Shown piece by piece: positions 17,299-18,786 of a stretch of DNA of 18,786 nt (its first letter is position 1; every line of letters begins with the position of its first letter). The notes beneath the pieces are model-generated. The model searched no databases, was not told where the DNA came from, and saw nothing but the letters and a program-made list of their open reading frames with translations. Source of the DNA: Armatimonadota bacterium (GTDB taxonomy: Bacteria; Armatimonadota; Armatimonadia; Armatimonadales; Armatimonadaceae). Where the stretch lies: contig JAYUUO010000014.1 of NCBI GenBank assembly GCA_043754515.1, forward strand, positions 1-18,786, written 5' to 3'. The translations under genes and the position numbers were made by a program.

Positions 17299-17936
17299 TG
17301 CCTAATCCACCCCCAGTTTCGTCTGCGTCGAGAACAGCCCCGCCTCGCCCCCGATGTAGTCAATCGCCGCGTCCGTGCCGCCACCGGGCGCGTCCCGTTC
17401 TTTGCGCGCCGCGCCTTCTCCTTTGCGCCCCTTCTCGAAGCGGCGTGACAGGTACGACACCACGTCCTGCGCCTTGACCTTCTGCTTCTTGCCGCCGTCG
17501 CGGATCAGCAGGTCGCCGTCCACGTATACCGCCTCGGGCGACGGTTTTACCACGATGCGGCACACCGTTTCGCCGTCCAGCGCGTCGAAGCGCGCCCGCC
17601 ACAGGCTTCCTGCCAGTACCCCTACCTTGCTCCCGATTGCATTCCGCAGAAACAGTTCGTACGAGTCGGGTCCCGGCTTTTGCGCGTTTACGCAGGCGAA
17701 ATCATCGGCCAGACCTGCCACGCTTTTGTCGTCGCGCACCCCTATGAGTAGCGTGCCGCCGTCTGTGTTCAGGAACGCCGCGACCGCCTCCACGATGTTG
17801 CGAATCATGCTGTCGTCGGCTTTGCGGGTAAACGGGTTGAACTTCGCGCCCGCCTTGAACTCCACTCCGTCCGTCTCGCCACGCGCTACCAGGTCGCGCA
17901 GTTCCGCCACCGCCGGGTCGTCGCCGAGCCGCGCGA

Positions 17937-18088
17937 TCTCGCCGCGACCGATCGCGTCGAACGCGGCCAGCGCGGCGTTTTTCACCGGGTCTTTGACGAG
18001 CGGGAACGTGGTCAGGATGTACGCGAACTCGTCGCGCGTCAAGCCGTACAGGTGCGCGACGATGCCGTCTATTTCGGCGCGGAGTTGC
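17937..18088 (-). repeat. 152-bp direct repeat copy B (inside the RM gene)
   Basis: Matches 14340-14491 with 6 mismatches; offset 3597 bp. Confidence 0.95.
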
Positions 18089-18119
18089 GCGTGGCTTGCG
18101 GGAGACTCGCCCCTGGAGA

Positions 18120-18249
18120 CCTCACCCCCTGGCCCCCTCTCCTTATCCGCTCGTTCCTCGCCAGGAGAGGGGGAACCGGAAGAAGAGACGGACGAATCAG
18201 ACGGAATCGGTTCGGGCGCGATCCCCGCACCCACCGGCCCCGCGCCCGA
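18120..18249. repeat. Palindromic elements inserted in frame in the RM gene
   Basis: CCTCACCCCCTGG followed by CCCCCTCTCCT (18133-18143) / AGGAGAGGGGG (18163-18173); second stem TCGGGCGCG (18212-18220) / CGCGCCCGA (18241-18249). Confidence 0.65.
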
Positions 18250-18689
18250 GACAGGCGATAGTCCGACCGCTTTTGCCAGGTCGTCGAACTCCGGCGTGGT
18301 GCAGATCAGCCGCGCCGCCCGTTCCACCAACGCCTTGTACGCGGGGTGCGTCGCGGCAAGGCGCGGGACAGGAACCTGGTAGACGTAGAACATATTCACG
18401 TTCGCCGAGACCATTTGTCGAAGCGCGAAGTCGGCGACGAACGAGTTCATCACGGCTTGTACATAAAGCGTCGTTGCCGCACCCATATTACCGACCGACA
18501 CGAGAAGCGAGTTTCCGCAGAAAACGCTCGCCGGTAGAAGTCCCACGATCATGGTGCGGTTGTCCGTGTTTCGAGCAATAGCACGGACGCCGAGCCGATA
18601 GCTCTGATAGTTCAGCGTCTGTCCTTCATCTTTCCCACGACTACCGAGTACGACGCGGCGTCCTTCCGCCTCGTCAACCCAGTATTTAA

Positions 18690-18786
18690 CGTGAGTTCGG
18701 GATAAGACAGGCTTTCCGATAAACTAAAGTCGCCAAACCCAAGTTTACGGAAAGTCTGTCCATGCCCATTTTACAAGACGATGCGC
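18690..18786 (+). mobile_element. Probable left end of an IS (DDE; IS4/IS701-like), transposase start at 18762, running off the window
   Basis: Abrupt break of the RM gene at TTAA (18686-18689) followed by CGTGAGTTCGGGATAAG; lower GC; hairpin 18706-18760; ORF start MPILQDDA. Confidence 0.6.

Larger units (their letters stand above)
17302..18689 (-). pseudogene. 3' part of a type IIG (Eco57I-like) restriction-modification gene fused to a C-terminal AlbA_2/Schlafen domain, 5'-truncated by an insertion
   Basis: The frame stays open upstream of 18552: KYWVDEAEGRR...YQSYRLGVRAIARNTDNRTMI...MNSFVADFALRQ...QLRAEIDGIVAHLYGL. It then reads GETDGVEFK...AFLNTDGGTLLIGVRD (AlbA_2). Resemblance ends near 18689, with an in-frame TAG at 18724-18726. 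Confidence 0.8.

Noticed and set aside
17626..17635. CTTGCTCCCG match to the tRNA 3' end (possible att site)
   Set aside because: Only 10 bp, inside an intact coding region, and no integrase in view.

Overview
GC-rich bacterial window with three parts. (1) 1-12.5 kb is a copper/heavy-metal homeostasis cluster: two P1B-ATPases (a His/Met-rich CPD-motif pump and a canonical CopA), a leaderless csoR with its operator, a secreted triple-YHS protein, a Met-rich secreted protein, a Met-rich putative outer-membrane barrel, a YflT-like membrane protein and two TetA-like MFS transporters (one frameshifted). A 17-bp palindrome TTCTAY-N5-GTAGAA recurs in three promoter regions and is not the CsoR site. 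(2) 12.6-14.05 kb is core-like: a THUMP/FtsJ (RlmM-like) methyltransferase divergent from an initiator tRNA-Met with promoter and terminator. (3) 14.05-18.8 kb is a decaying defence-type island: a GNAT remnant, an AlbA_2(Schlafen)-RecG_C-like-HTH gene, an acidic ORF, and the 3' part of a type IIG restriction-modification-like gene fused to a Schlafen/AlbA_2 domain. That gene is cut at its 5' side by a probable IS end, and 152 bp of it recur 3.6 kb downstream as a direct repeat. All family calls come from motif recognition by eye; no searches were run.
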